A stretch of 64,000 nucleotides of DNA from Octopus vulgaris (taxonomy: Eukaryota): NCBI GenBank assembly GCA_951406725.2, contig OX597828.1, forward strand, positions 58,218,001-58,282,000, written 5' to 3'. Of the stretch, positions 1-12,677 are shown in pieces. The first letter of the stretch is position 1; each line of letters starts with the position of its first letter. Position numbers and translations under genes: made by a program. The notes below the pieces were generated by a model. It saw only the letters and a list, made by a program, of their open reading frames with translations, made no database searches and was not told where the DNA came from.

Positions 1-193
1 CAAAAAGTTTCCAAATTGGAAAAAGTTTCATTGGTATTTGTTTTTCCCAAAATTTATCGATTTTCAACAATCGATGGGCGACAACATAATTAACTTTCAA
101 TGACAGATCGATTAAAATATGCCACCAATATTGTTGATTATAAATGTAACGTATCGGGGTAGGGATTATAAATAGGTTATTATTATTATTTTA

Positions 194-227
<34 letters not shown>

Positions 228-2246
228 GGTGGAGTTTGAAAAAAAAAAGAATATTTAGACGTTGCTACCTTCATTAACATAATTTATGTTAAAGCCAGAA
301 TTACCTTCATCTGTAAATTACAATATCCTTGCTAGTGGTTGAGAGACTATGCTAGATTAGTAAATATAAGCTTGTTTTTTTTTCTTGTAAGTGAAGAGAG
401 AGATAGAGGAAATAGGCAGATATTGAGAGAGTATATATAGATATATATATATATAGATATAAATATATTTTCTTTTTAAAAAAAAATTACTAAAAAATTA
501 AGGGAGAGATATTCCTTCTGAATGAGTTTATAGTTGTTGGTGATATATAAATATATATATATATGTATATATATTTATCCTCTTTGCTTCCTTTTTTTTT
601 TTGTTCCTAGAAATAGATGATTTTTCTTTTTATTCCAAGTGATGTTAAATAGTTGTTTTCAATGGATTTTTGACTAAAAACTACCAACAGATTGTTTCGT
701 TGGCAGAGGGAACTTGTCTTTCACTTTTGATGGCCAATATTTCCAGTACTTAGACTGGGGCTTTTTATATTATGTTTGTGAATATCATATACATATATAT
801 ATTTATATAATGTATATTAATGTGCATGTATGTATGTTGTGTGTATATATTACTGCTTTTCTATTCCCCTGTTCTGACAAGAATATTAGCAAAAGTAATG
901 AATTACAGAGCGGAGAGGTGAAGCAAATAGTTAAGAGTAATTATCTAAGGATATATAATGCATGGATATGTAAAAGTGAGTGTATATATGTTTATATAAA
1001 TGCGTGTGTGTACATGTATGTATATATTGTGTATATATTCACTTAGTTTTTTAAAGATAGAAACAAGTAAAAACAATAATTAACACACACATTTATACGA
1101 TCATTCCAACTAAACTGTTAAATATATATACAAATATATATATATGTATATGTATATATATTTCTTTTGCTTCTACCTGAAAGGAACAAATATTTAGAAA
1201 AGAGAAAAAAAAAATTATACCATCAACTTATTTAGAGAAGAATTTGGTGCAATTTGTGAAGGATTCTGTGGAAATGATTAGGAAGATAAGATTGGAAATA
1301 AAACAGTAATGTGCAGGAGTATATATATAAATATATATACATGTATGGCTGGTGTATATAATGTAAAAAAAGAGATGATTTTAGAAGAATTGTGATGAAT
1401 GAAGGGAGAGGAAAATTGAAGGAAGATTTGGAGGAGATTAAATACCTGAAGTAAAATATTTGGGATTTTGTGTTGTTTCTTGAAGGATTTTTGTGTGTAG
1501 AGATGTATATTAATGATGTTCTTTAGCCGTATATATATACATACGTGTGTGTATATATCTATATATACATATGTGTGTGTATATATGGATATATATTATA
1601 TTTGAGAGAAAAATAGGGGAAGCAGTGAATAAGTTGTATCTTGTGATGGATTAAACGGTCGTATTTTGGGGGAGTTTTCACTTCTTTTCCGTATCTTTGC
1701 TTCTCGTTGTCTCATAAAAAGATCAACAGAGCATCGAATCGTACAGGTATATATATATATATATATATAAGTGTATATATATATATGTATATATATATAC
1801 GTATATATATGTGTGTGTGTGTGTGTATATAGAGTAGAGTCTACCTAATCAAGCACACATATGGAAAGGAATCACTTGTTTCTTTCTTTTTTGTGGGGGA
1901 AAAAAAAGTCGAGTAAATGAATAGATAAATGAAGAAAATTTGTGTTGTACTTGTGATGTTGTTTTGGCTTGAATAGAAAAGACCAGAATCATTTGCGAGA
2001 CCCAAACATTCCGAAATCTCTTCAAGCGTCCATTTTTGCCCTTCTTTTTTTTTTTTTTTTTTCCTCTCTCTCTCCAAACCCTTTTTTTTTGTTTTTTTTT
2101 TTCTTTAGATTTCCTATCGCTATCTCTATCTCTCTCTCGTTTCTTTTTTTGTTTTTGTGTGTTTATCTACCTCTCTTCACTTTGAAAAATGCTTAGAGGA
2201 CGGCAAGAAGTTCCTCTCTTTTTCCTTTTGCACATTTCTAAAAGAA

Positions 2247-2330
2247 AAGATGGCGGCCTCCTCGAGAGATTCAACACACGCCCGTGACGTCACCGCTGAC
2301 GTCATCCCACCCACCCTTCGCTAGGGTTTT
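2247..2330. promoter_or_regulatory. Promoter core: YY1 motif, two full CRE palindromes and a telobox-like motif; probably drives a minus-strand gene running off the left edge
   Basis: AAGATGGCGGC at 2247-2257, TGACGTCA at 2285-2292 and 2297-2304, CTAGGGTTT at 2321-2329. Local CpG enrichment. Positions 1-2600 lack SINE insertions. Orientation is inferred. Confidence 0.65.
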
Positions 2331-2672
2331 TCTCTTTCAGGGAGCGAACGTTTCCAACCTTCTACTTTCACTCCCCTCTACTTTCAAACAAATAACCAAT
2401 CAATCAACTTTTATATTAATAATCACAATAGTTATTATTACATTATACTCGCCAACTATATTTTTTAATATAAAATACGATTTTTTTTCAAAATCCTTGA
2501 ATTTTTATCATATTTTACATATTTTTTCATATTTTTTACATATTTTTTCCTATCCATTACCGAGACATAATCAATAGTTCGAACTTAGTCTTAAAACTAA
2601 TCACACTTCATTTCCATGAACATAATGGTTATTATACAAATATAACCTCCTAAGTATATTTTCTATCAATAT

Positions 2673-2885
2673 ACTCTTTTACTCTTTAACTTGTTTCAGT
2701 CATTTGACTGTGGCCATGCTGGAGCACCGCCTTTAGTCGAGCAAATCGACCCCAGGACTTATTCTTTGTAAGCTTTATTCTATCGGTCTCTCTTGCCGAA
2801 CCGCTAAGTTACGGGGACGTAAACACACCAGCATCGGTTGTCAAGCGGTGTTGGGGGGACAAACATAGGCACACAAACATACACA

Positions 2886-2956
<71 letters not shown>

Positions 2957-3139
2957 TTATATATATATATATATACGACGGGCTTCTTTTCAATTTCCGT
3001 CAAGCAAATCCACTCAAAAGGCTTTGGTCGGCCCGAGGCTATAGTAGAAGACACTTGCCCATGGTGTCACACAGTGGGGCTGAACCCGGAACCATGTGGT
3101 TGGTAAGCAAGATACTTACCACACAGCCACTCCTACGCC
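2673..3139 (-). mobile_element. tRNA-derived SINE family A (CORE-like segment, internal (TA)/(TG) microsatellite, AAAAGAGT tail)
   Basis: Reverse complement of the family seen intact at 36502-36897. Confidence 0.85.
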
Positions 3140-4239
3140 TATGTATAAATATTTTTTTAAAGCTTTGAATTTTCCTTTTATTTTACACACATTTTTTCCT
3201 ATCAGTAATTGAATAGATGATCAACTGTCTTCGTGTCGTAAGAAGTTTGCTTCCCAACTACATGGTTTTGGGTTCAGTCCCACAGCATGGCACCGTGGGT
3301 AAATATCTTCTACTATAGTGCCAGGCCGACCAAAGCTTTGGTTGATGAAAACTGAAAGAAGCCCAATGTATAAAAATATATGTATAACACATACATGTAT
3401 TTTTATCCATACACGTACATAAAAATATATATATATATGTATACTACAAAATTAGAGAATGGAGAAACATACTTAAATCAGTAAAACATCAACTATCCGA
3501 TGATACTCAATCCATACTTTAATACACCATAATAGTGAAAAATATTATATAATCATATACATATAAATATAAAAATATAAAAATGTAAAATATAAAAACT
3601 TATACATCATAATGCTACACTTATATATATGTATATATATATATATCTATGTGTTCGTGCCTGACCCCACCATCACTTGACAACTGGTGTTGGTTTGTTT
3701 ACATCCCCATAATTTTGTAGTTTGACAACAGTGACTGACAAGGCTTTTAAAAAAACAAGTACTGGGTTCAATTCATTCAACTAAAAAACTCTTTTAGGCA
3801 GTGCCCCAACATGGCCGCAGTCCAATGGCTGAAACACAAAAGATAAAATATATTACAATCAAATATAAAAAAAAAATTTATTTTTGAAGTCAATTTCTTG
3901 TTAGTTTCTCCCATTATTTTATCTTCCCAAAATTTCCAGAAACCCAGTTTTTCTCCTTGTTTTGTGTGGGGAGTGTTTCTTCCGTATTAGAGAATACAAA
4001 ATTCATTGACTCGACTTTTTCAGATTTAAATACAATGGAGTATAAAACAGACCACTGCATATGCCACATGGTCACAGCTGATGAGAAAGTATCTCAGAGA
4101 TGGGGCCTGACTGGGACACTGCTGATAGGGTTGCCCTAGAACGCAGTGACATAGCTAATAGGGAAACACATTTCTTTTTAAATTAGCTTCTTTTTTTTTT
4201 TGTCCCTTGTTAATTACATGACCTTGGAAGAACTTTCTG

Positions 4240-4659
4240 AGTATGATCGTTACCAGTGTCGCTTTACTGGCCCTTGTGCATGTGCTAGTAGGGTGCCAAT
4301 CCGAGCGTGATCGTTGCCAGAGCAGCCAACTGGCTTCCATACCCATGGCACGTAAAAGGGCACCATTCGAGCATGATCGTTACCAATGTCGCTTCAATGG
4401 CACCTGTGCCGGTTACATGTGTAAAAAGATTCGAGCGAGGTCATCGCCAGTACCGCCTGACTGGCCCCGGTGCCGGTGGCACATAAAAGCACCCACTACA
4501 CTCTTGGAGTGGTTGGCATTAGGAAGGGCATCCAGCTGTAGAAACTCTGCCAAATCAAGATTGGAGCCTGGTGCAGCCATCTGGTTCGCCAGCCCTCAGT
4601 CAAAATCATCCAAACCATGCTGGCATGGAAGGCGGACGTTAAACGATGATGATGATGAT
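4240..4659 (+). mobile_element. (GAT)n-tailed retroposon/SINE family C, 3' part with internal tandem units
   Basis: GGCATTAGGAAGGGCATCCAGCTGTAGAAAC...GGACGTTAAAC(GAT)n. Further copies near 12675, 27995, 30186, 44345, 48980, 57125, 58602 and 59306. Confidence 0.8.
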
Positions 4660-5331
4660 TACTTCATTTGACTAATCTCCTGTGTTTTTGAACTGTCTGC
4701 TCCTATGATGTGTTGATGGCCACTGACATCTGAAGAACCAAACGAACTTGGCATCAAAACCTCTCAACACAATCCTATGGAGATTCATCTTTTTTTTGTG
4801 TGTGTCACACCTACATTAGTAGTTGTAAGTTTCATTCATAATGACATTGTTACTAAAACATAAAATTAATGAACGTAAAATACAATTATGTGTACTATAA
4901 CTAATGAAATATTTCACATAATATAAGAGAAATCAGTTAAAAATTGTTTGATACATGTCACAGCGCCCTTTTTTTATGTGGTCGCTCCCCCTAACTTTAG
5001 AACCTGGCTATGCCTCTGCTGGGAAGACCCAAGCAAATACCAACAAATGGTGGGTGCAGAGATATGCTGCAATGGCACAAGACCCTATTCCTAATTTACC
5101 TGACCTCATCATATAGATCTAAGTTCAATGAAACTATTACTCTAGCCTATGGTTGTCGACAATCATTTTCATTACAATTCCACTCCGGAATATTAAAATT
5201 TCACTGACTTAAAGCACTTCATACAAACTTCTAGATACAGTTTTATAATCACTGCTCTATATATTACATTTCTTTTGCATCTAGAAATAATATAACAGAC
5301 TTACCTGTGTATAAGTCACAATCATGTTTAA

Positions 5332-5552
5332 CCCTTTAGTATTCAGAGTAATTTGTCAAAAGTAATCCTTATTTATTGACATTTTAAAAAATTAATTTGG
5401 TATTATTTCATGACTTCAAGATTTGAAAGATATAATTGTTTATTTTTAGAATTGACATTGCAGGGTAGCAGTGAGATGCTGGTTCTGGCCAGTTTGAGCA
5501 TAAAATAGGTAAAATATTTGGGCTGGATAGAGCCGGTTTAAACACTAAAGGG
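5332..5552. mobile_element. piggyBac-like MITE
   Basis: TTAA|CCCTTTAGT...ACTAAAGGG|TTAA terminal inverted repeats with TTAA target duplication. Related copies near 29500-30180, 32620-32815 and 50511-50731. Confidence 0.8.
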
Positions 5553-5858
5553 TTAAGTCGCATCTCTAATTTAATATTAAATCTTGGTATAATTTTTTTT
5601 CTCTTCATAGTTTTAGCTTTGCCCCATATACAAATCACACCCCAGGTTTAATCTTAAATCTTGGTACAAATTTTTTTCCCTTTATAGTTCCAGCTTTACT
5701 CCAAGTGTAAGTTATACCCCAGTTTGTATAAAATAGTATGACTTATAGATGAGTAAATACAGTAAAATGATGAGGCCACACAGCAGTGGACAAAATAAAA
5801 TATCTTATACAATTACATTTCAACCTTAACTTTTTATATTCATTTTCCACTGAAGTCG

Positions 5859-6614
5859 ATTGGCTCAGTTGAACTTGTCCACTACCTTTTCACAATCCAC
5901 CATGCTGCAGTCCCATAACTTTGTTGTATCCCTGGCAGGGTAGCTAAACCAGTTCCATGTCTTACCAAAGAGTAGCTTGTAACTATGCTGGGCATTGTTG
6001 TCACTTCATGTTTTCCTTTTTTTTCCAAAATTGATAAATGCCGAAGACATTCAAATACTGAGTGAGGAAATCGCTCAACTCAACCATTCTGCTTGAAAAA
6101 TTGATCAAGTGTTCATGTGTTAATTCCATGCATATTCTAATCTAGTTCAACAGAATATTTTTACCAAATTCCGGGAGTGAAGATATTGTGTAAAAGTAAA
6201 AAGAAGCATATGATTTTATATCCTTTACTGGTCTGTGGCACCACTACATCATCCTCATCTCAGTTGCACTGTCTGCATGGCTGCCCATGACTCTCTGTTG
6301 CTACCCCACCAGCAGCAATTCCCAAGAGCGTCATAGGGATAGAGTCCATAGGGAATCTTTCATTTGCTAATTACACAACCATGGCCGACACCCCTATGGA
6401 TGTGTGATCCTGACCATTGATCTTCTAGGATTCCTCTGCTCAGCATCAACGTAAGAAGCACCATTGACTCAGTTGAACTTGTCCACTACCTTTTCACAAT
6501 CCACCATGCTGCAGTCCCATAACTTTGTTGTATCCCTGGCAGGGTAGCTAAGCAGGTTCCATGCCTTGCCAAAGAGCAGCCTGTAACTATGCTGGGCATT
6601 TTTGTCCCTCCATG
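5859..6614. repeat. About 150-bp direct repeat pair (5859-6010 and 6463-6614)
   Basis: CTCAGTTGAACTTGTCCACTACC...GTAACTATGCTGGGCATT occurs twice at high identity, 604 bp apart. Confidence 0.85.
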
Positions 6615-6891
6615 AAGTGTTTTCAAAATACCCACATACCCTTGTCTGAGTATGTGTGTGTATGTGTGCTTTGCAACTATGTACCGTGTTTGTATGTATG
6701 GCTGTGTATGTCCATATGTATTCTTCTCTGAATAATGTATAGTCTATTGACTTAATTTTTCCTTCTCACTAGACCACTGGTAACAAAGATTTTTTCTATA
6801 AATATTTTTGCCACCCTAAGATTTTTTAATATATATATATATATATATACATATATATACACACACATACACACATATATATATATACATT

Positions 6892-6924
<33 letters not shown>

Positions 6925-6945
6925 ATATGTATATATATATATATA

Positions 6946-7221
6946 TCAAGAATGTAGTTGTGTAAAGCTGGAACAATGCGAGAAGGTAAAAGGTAAATTA
7001 CAAGATGAAAAGAAAACAGAATAAAGTTGCTGTTTTACTTCGTATTTCTGTATTTTGGGGTGAAGACCCCCTTCTTCAGGACATTCAGAAAAGTGGTGGT
7101 TGGAAGAAGTTTGTTTGCTTTTCATTTTGTAGTTTACTTTGTACCTCCTTGCATTGTCCCAGCTTTACACAACAACATTCTTTAAAGTTATACCCCACAA
7201 TGCTTCACGAAAACTACCTCA

Positions 7222-7228
<7 letters not shown>
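6946..7228. mobile_element. (TA)n-flanked element with about 65-bp imperfect inverted repeats and a degenerate hammerhead motif on the minus strand; Penelope-like pLTR remnant
   Basis: AAGAATGTAGTTGTGTAAAGCTGG...GAAAAG versus its reverse complement at about 7118-7182. Minus strand reads CTGAAGA-a-GGGG gtcttca CCCC-[A]AAA. Confidence 0.5.
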
Positions 7229-7263
<35 letters not shown>

Positions 7264-7341
7264 TGCAGTGTGGAAGGTGTTTGTAAGCCATTTAAGAAAC
7301 ACACAAAAGCCGTTCGATTCACTTCAACATTTAAGTTTAAA

Positions 7342-7390
7342 TTGTCAAAAAATTTTCATCGCTATAAGACCGCAACCTGTTCACTGACAA
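7342..7390 (-). ncRNA. Minimal type I hammerhead ribozyme-like motif, G3-C8 core variant, in a (TA)n-flanked element (about 7260-7450)
   Basis: Minus strand: UUGUCA-GUGAACA-g-GUUGC ggucuuaua GCGAU-GAAA-auuuuu-UGACAA. Stem I is a perfect 6-bp helix. Confidence 0.5.
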
Positions 7391-7447
7391 AAATCCGTGC
7401 TGCATCCACGACTTCACATAAAAAATCTTGCACAACAAATATTTAAA

Positions 7448-7482
<35 letters not shown>

Positions 7483-7544
7483 TTATATATATATATATGT
7501 ATGTATGTATGTATACAGCCTCAGAGTGGTGCTTGTACCATTTC

Positions 7545-8272
7545 TCAGAAGTTTTGAATTTATAATGCTGACATATTATCCAGTGTAGTTATCAACCAAC
7601 TCTGTCATGTCTTGATTTATACTTTAACGGTGCTAAAACCTTACACCCAAAGATTAGGTGCTCCACCGTTTCAATCTCTCATCATTGCAGTATCAGCACT
7701 TTGGATTTACTCCATTGTTCATCACATTGGCTTGGTAGTTCCAGGTTAGTAAGCTCTGATCCTGAGCATCTAAGATAAAGGTTTCCCCTCTATGTCTTTA
7801 GCCCTGAGCTCCATATCCACTGATGGATGTGCTTCTGGTCTATATCAGCTTGTTTGCTATGGGCCACATCTTTGTCATGCAGAGGTTTTTTTATCCCCAG
7901 TTATCAGCCAATTGTTCAAACACATTTTGCTTTGCTGTTGATTTCACCTTCTTTATAACGACAATTGCGGCATTTTCATCATGCTGTTCAACCTGGGTAT
8001 TATGCATGAACTCACAAACAAGTTTTTTGTTCTCCTTCATGACAGAATGAAGCTTCTTTACATCTCTTATGGTTTTTGACAAGTTTTAGCATCCAGTCAT
8101 TGGATGTTTCAAGATATTTAGCCAGTCTGATTGTAGTAGTTTTGTAAGAGATTTCAAATTGGATCAAGCCTTGAGCTCTGGGAAGGTAAAGATGATCCGT
8201 GTCTGCCTTTGGGTGGTGCATCTTATTGCAAGTCAGCAGCTTATGGATTTTCCTGCCAATCTTTCTTATTTT
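7545..8272 (-). mobile_element. R4/Dong-clade non-LTR retrotransposon fragment (post-RT region to zinc knuckle), decayed
   Basis: ORF 8012-8344 contains MHHPKADTDHLYLPRAQG, matching the HHPKADxDRLYLPRxxGGRGL motif. Frameshifted continuation toward a RHD-containing C-terminal region. Abuts a (TAT)n array. Confidence 0.8.
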
Positions 8273-8273
8273 G

Positions 8274-8341
<68 letters not shown>

Positions 8342-8388
8342 CATTATTATTATTATTATTATTATTACAATATAAGCGGCTTAATAAT
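8274..8388. repeat. (TAT)n microsatellite
   Basis: Direct reading. Confidence 0.95.
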
Positions 8389-9432
8389 GATTTACTAATT
8401 GATTAATTTGTAGGCAACTCAAAGTTCTATATAAAATAATAACTTTATCATTAAATATTTCCCCTCAGTTCTTTTTTTTTCTTTTTTTTTTGGTTACACA
8501 TTAAAACATTGAGAATTTTTCCAGTTTAGATTTAGGTAAATGTTTATAGATAAGCTCTTTATATGATAATGCAGAGAGATTTCTTATTTTTTCCAAAGTC
8601 CACTACATGTCACCTAAAAACCTACCTTACATCGTTACTGAAATGTGTTGTCAAATACTATTAATAAACTAGAGAAACAATCTTTGGGATGTTATCTATG
8701 GTGTTCCATGACCCAAAAGCATTACCCCAAAAGCAATATTCTGAGTGAAGTTTCTCTTGTGTGGGTCTCATAATATTTTGTATGTGTTGAAGTCCAGCTT
8801 TATTATTTTCAAATTTTATGGTCGGCTCTTTGAAACTGCTGGATATTTTCCATTTTAATGTTTTACTTTTGTATGATTAAGGATATCCGGGTTCTTTTTT
8901 TATTATTTGCACTCCTTATCAGTACAAAGTTTGGGATTTGAGAATTTTGTTGATGTTGTGTGTGTGTTTGTCTGCTTTGCCTCTTTTTGTTGAGGTGGGT
9001 GCTACAGCAGTGGTGAGGGTGACAGTGATGGTGGTGGTGGTGGTGGTAGTGATGGCAGCAGTGCTGGCAGTGATACTGGTACTGGTGGAAATGGGGGCGG
9101 CAGCAGTGGGGTCTGTAGCAGGAGTGGCAATGGGGGTGGAGGGTGGTGGCAGTAGCTGTGATGGCAGTGGCTGTGGTGGAGGTGATGGTTATGGTTGTGG
9201 AGTTTTAGATTTGTCTGTGTTTGGAGTGTGGGTGGGGTTTTGGTACTGCAGTGTGTTTAAAACCCGTGTTTCTCACACACACACTCTCTCTCTCTCACTC
9301 TCACACTCTCTTTCTCTGTCACTCTCACTTTCTCTTTCATTCTCCCTCTCTCTCCCTTCTCTCTTCCTCTCCCCTTCTCTCTTCCTCTCCCCTTCTCTCT
9401 CCCTCTTGCTCTCTCTCTCTCTCTCTCACTCT

Positions 9433-9493
<61 letters not shown>

Positions 9494-9925
9494 AAGTTAA
9501 TCCAAACAAGAAAGCACAAAAAAACACAACAACGCAAGGACGTGGAACAAATATAGTATTATTGGACGCTCAGGAAAGAAGGAAAGAAGGAGGGTTTAAC
9601 GTTTCGAGTGGAGCTCTTCGTTGGAAACATAGGAGAAGGAAAGATCCAGAGAAAGGAAGACAGAGGAAAAAAATCGCCAACGGTACACACGAGGTCACAT
9701 TTTATATATATATATGTGACCACGTGTGTACCGTTGGCATTTTCTTCCTCCGTCTTTCCTTCTCTGGATCTTTCCTTCTCCTATGTTTCCGACGAAGAGC
9801 TCCACTCGAAACGTAAAACCCTCCTTCTTCCCTTCCTTCCTGAGCGTCCAATAATACTATATTTGTTCCACGTCCTCGCCTTGTTGTGTTTTTTTCTCTT
9901 GGTGTTTTCATGTTTGGATTAACTT
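9494..9925. mobile_element. Inverted pair of about 205-bp Penelope-like pLTR units separated and flanked by (TA)n
   Basis: 9494-9700 is the imperfect reverse complement of about 9715-9925. A third copy lies at about 43000-43192. Each unit carries a hammerhead-like motif. Confidence 0.7.
9785..9819 (+). ncRNA. Minimal hammerhead ribozyme-like motif (core CCGACGA; the copy near 43065 has canonical CUGACGA)
   Basis: GUUU-CCGACGA-a-GAG cucca CUC-GAAAC-GUA-AAAC, with palindromic ACGU stem III. Confidence 0.55.
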
Positions 9926-9965
9926 TATATATATATATATACCCTCATAACCCCTATCTTACTTT

Positions 9966-10047
<82 letters not shown>

Positions 10048-10593
10048 TATATGTATGTGTGTATGTATGTCTGTATGTATGCATATGTATATATTTCTTT
10101 GGTCCTTCTTCCCTCTTACAAGATGAAATTTCCATGTTGGAAAAATCTGATGCAACAGAGGAATGGAGGTATGTTTTTGTTCCTGTTTATGTTTGAAAGA
10201 GTGGGGAGAGAGAGGAAGAGTGAGAGGGAGTAAGGCTGAAATTTTCCTGAGTGAAACGTTTTGCTTCTGTTGTTCTGGACGTCATGGTGGCTGCTGCAAG
10301 CTTTCCTCTGTTGCTGGTCTTCAAAACGTACTAGATCATAGGGAAAATATACTGCTATTAGAATTATTGATGTCGGCAAACTGGCAGAACCATTAGCATG
10401 CCAGGCAAAATGCTTAGTAGTATTTCATCCATCTTTACAATCTGAGTTCAAATTCTACCAAAGTCAACTTTGTCTTTCATCGTTTCAGGGCCGATAAAAT
10501 AAGTACCAGTTGAGAGCTGGATTTGATATAATTGACTTACCCACTTCCTTGAAATTGCTGGCTTCATGCCAAAATTTGAAATCATTATTATTA

Positions 10594-10633
<40 letters not shown>

Positions 10634-10635
10634 TA

Positions 10636-11185
10636 TTGAGAGAGCATTTCATGCCATCAAAGTGACACTGGGGTAAAATATACGAAACCCAATATACCCA
10701 TCATGACTACCCGTCTGATAAGGGTACACCAGGCACATGCATCACAACCAAATGTGCACAACATGGTGACCTCATATCAAGATAAATAGCACATGACCGT
10801 ACAGTTGGGGCCCAGTCAGAATTTTCTTCAGGTCGAGTAATCCATCTTGTTCAAAAGGTCCCTGAATAAGGTTTGTTTAAGAATGTTGAACGAAACACCC
10901 AAATTTCCAAAGGTGAATTATCCAAACCCCAAAGAATTCCTCTCGACACACGGCTATGATGCTCCCCCACTTCTTCTGCTCATGATCAGAGATGCACATA
11001 TTAGCCACTAAGGGACATACTCAACTGGTTAAGGTCAAACAACTGACAAGCAAATCTGTGGTATTGCAGAATATTTGCTGTAGCCCATCTTTTATACCAA
11101 GACAAAACAATGTACATGATAACACTTCCAATCAGTTAGGGTCAGAAGCCATGAGAACCGCTGCCTGGTACTGCATCAAGGCATT
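10636..11185 (-). mobile_element. LINE 3' end or LINE-tailed SINE with (TAA)n tail
   Basis: Homologous to 17365-17640 (+) and 53110-53275. Ends in (AAT)n on the minus strand. Confidence 0.6.
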
Positions 11186-12304
11186 TATCATCATCATTAT
11201 TATTGTTATTATTACCATCAAGGTGGCGAGCTGGCAGAATCGTTAGCATGCTGGGTGAAATGCTTAGCGGTATTTTGTCTGCCGTTATGTTGTGAGTTCA
11301 AATTCCACCAAGGTCAACTTTGCCTTTCATCCTTTTGGGGTCAATAAATTAAGTACCAGTTATGCACTGGGGTCAATGTAATCGACTTAATACCTATGTC
11401 TGTCCTTGTTTGTCCCCTCTATGTTTAACCCCTTGTGGGTAGTAAAGAAATAGGTATTTCATTTGCCACTACGTTCTGAGTTCAAATTCCTCTGAGGTCA
11501 ACTTTGCCTTTCATCTTGTTGAGGTTGATTAAACAAGTACCAGTTACACACTTACCCCCTCCCACCAAATTTCAGACCTTGTGCCTATAATAAATAGAAA
11601 GGGTTATTGTTATTTTTACCATAAACGTGGTGAGCTGATAGAACTGTTAGCACACTGTGCAGAATGCTTAGCGGTATTTCATCTGTCTTTACATTCTGAG
11701 TCCAAATTCCACAAACTTTGCCTTTCATCCTTTCAGAGTTGATCAAATAAGTACCGATTACACACATGGGTCAGTGTAATCAACCAGCCCCCTTCCCTAA
11801 AAATTTCAGGCCTTGTGCCCTACAGTAGAAAGGGTTATTATTGTTATTACTATTATGCTACATCATTGAAAATGTGTCTTAGGATTCACTTGTTTTACAT
11901 TCCTGACAATAACACACTTTTAATTTCCTTCTAGGCTTTGCAGCTAAATCTCATAATATAAAAATAGTTCTTTCATGGGAGGAATTTTATCTTTTCATTC
12001 TGTTGGGATACATAAAAGATGTTGCAGACAGAAAGCATCAGCTGTCTCATCCAACCAAGAACTGGGAAACAAAGTTGTGAAAATATAAAGATTAAAATGT
12101 TAAACGGTGTCAAGTTTCCTACTTGCCTTTGAGGAGAAAAGAAAACAAAAAATATCTTTTGCTATTTTGATGCCAACAGACTTTAGGATACAAAACATTT
12201 GGCAGAGAACAATTATAAAGATAAGAAATAAAATGGATAACACCTTTAGAAATGGTTATCACAAAAATCTAAGGAATTTTGAGAGAGTTAAGGTACATTA
12301 TATA

Positions 12305-12616
12305 CCGTAAATCCTTGAGTATAGTCCGCCCTTGAGTATAATACATAGGGGATTTTTAGGGGGCTGTACCTCTGAAAAACCTAAACCTTGTGCATAATAT
12401 TCACCTCCCTCTCTAACTTGAGTCAAGGAGGTCTATATAACATCCTTGGTTTGTAAAAATGTATATGGTAACGTCCTTTATTATTATTGTATATATTTCA
12501 TAATGCAAACGTGTAGCTTTTTTGGGCATTTTGTTTGTAGAAAATAAAGAAATAACAGTAATAACGTTTAATAAATGTTGCTTACTTCAAGTTATGGATG
12601 AATCTTTTATGACTTA
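12305..12616 (+). mobile_element. Tc1/mariner-superfamily MITE, 3' truncated
   Basis: TA|CCGTAAATCCTTGAGTATA terminus. Near-identical to the first half of 36304-37219. Confidence 0.8.
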
Positions 12617-12622
12617 TATATA

Positions 12623-12677
<55 letters not shown>

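Noticed and set aside
2250-2324. Plus-strand ORF starting in the YY1 motif (MAASSRD...)
   Set aside because: Only 24 codons, no donor site, and it overlaps the CRE motifs. Better explained as promoter sequence.
8938-9816. 292-aa ORF, the longest in the track
   Set aside because: Runs through (GGT)-rich, (CT)n and (TA)n simple repeats and a repeat element. No splice or domain support.
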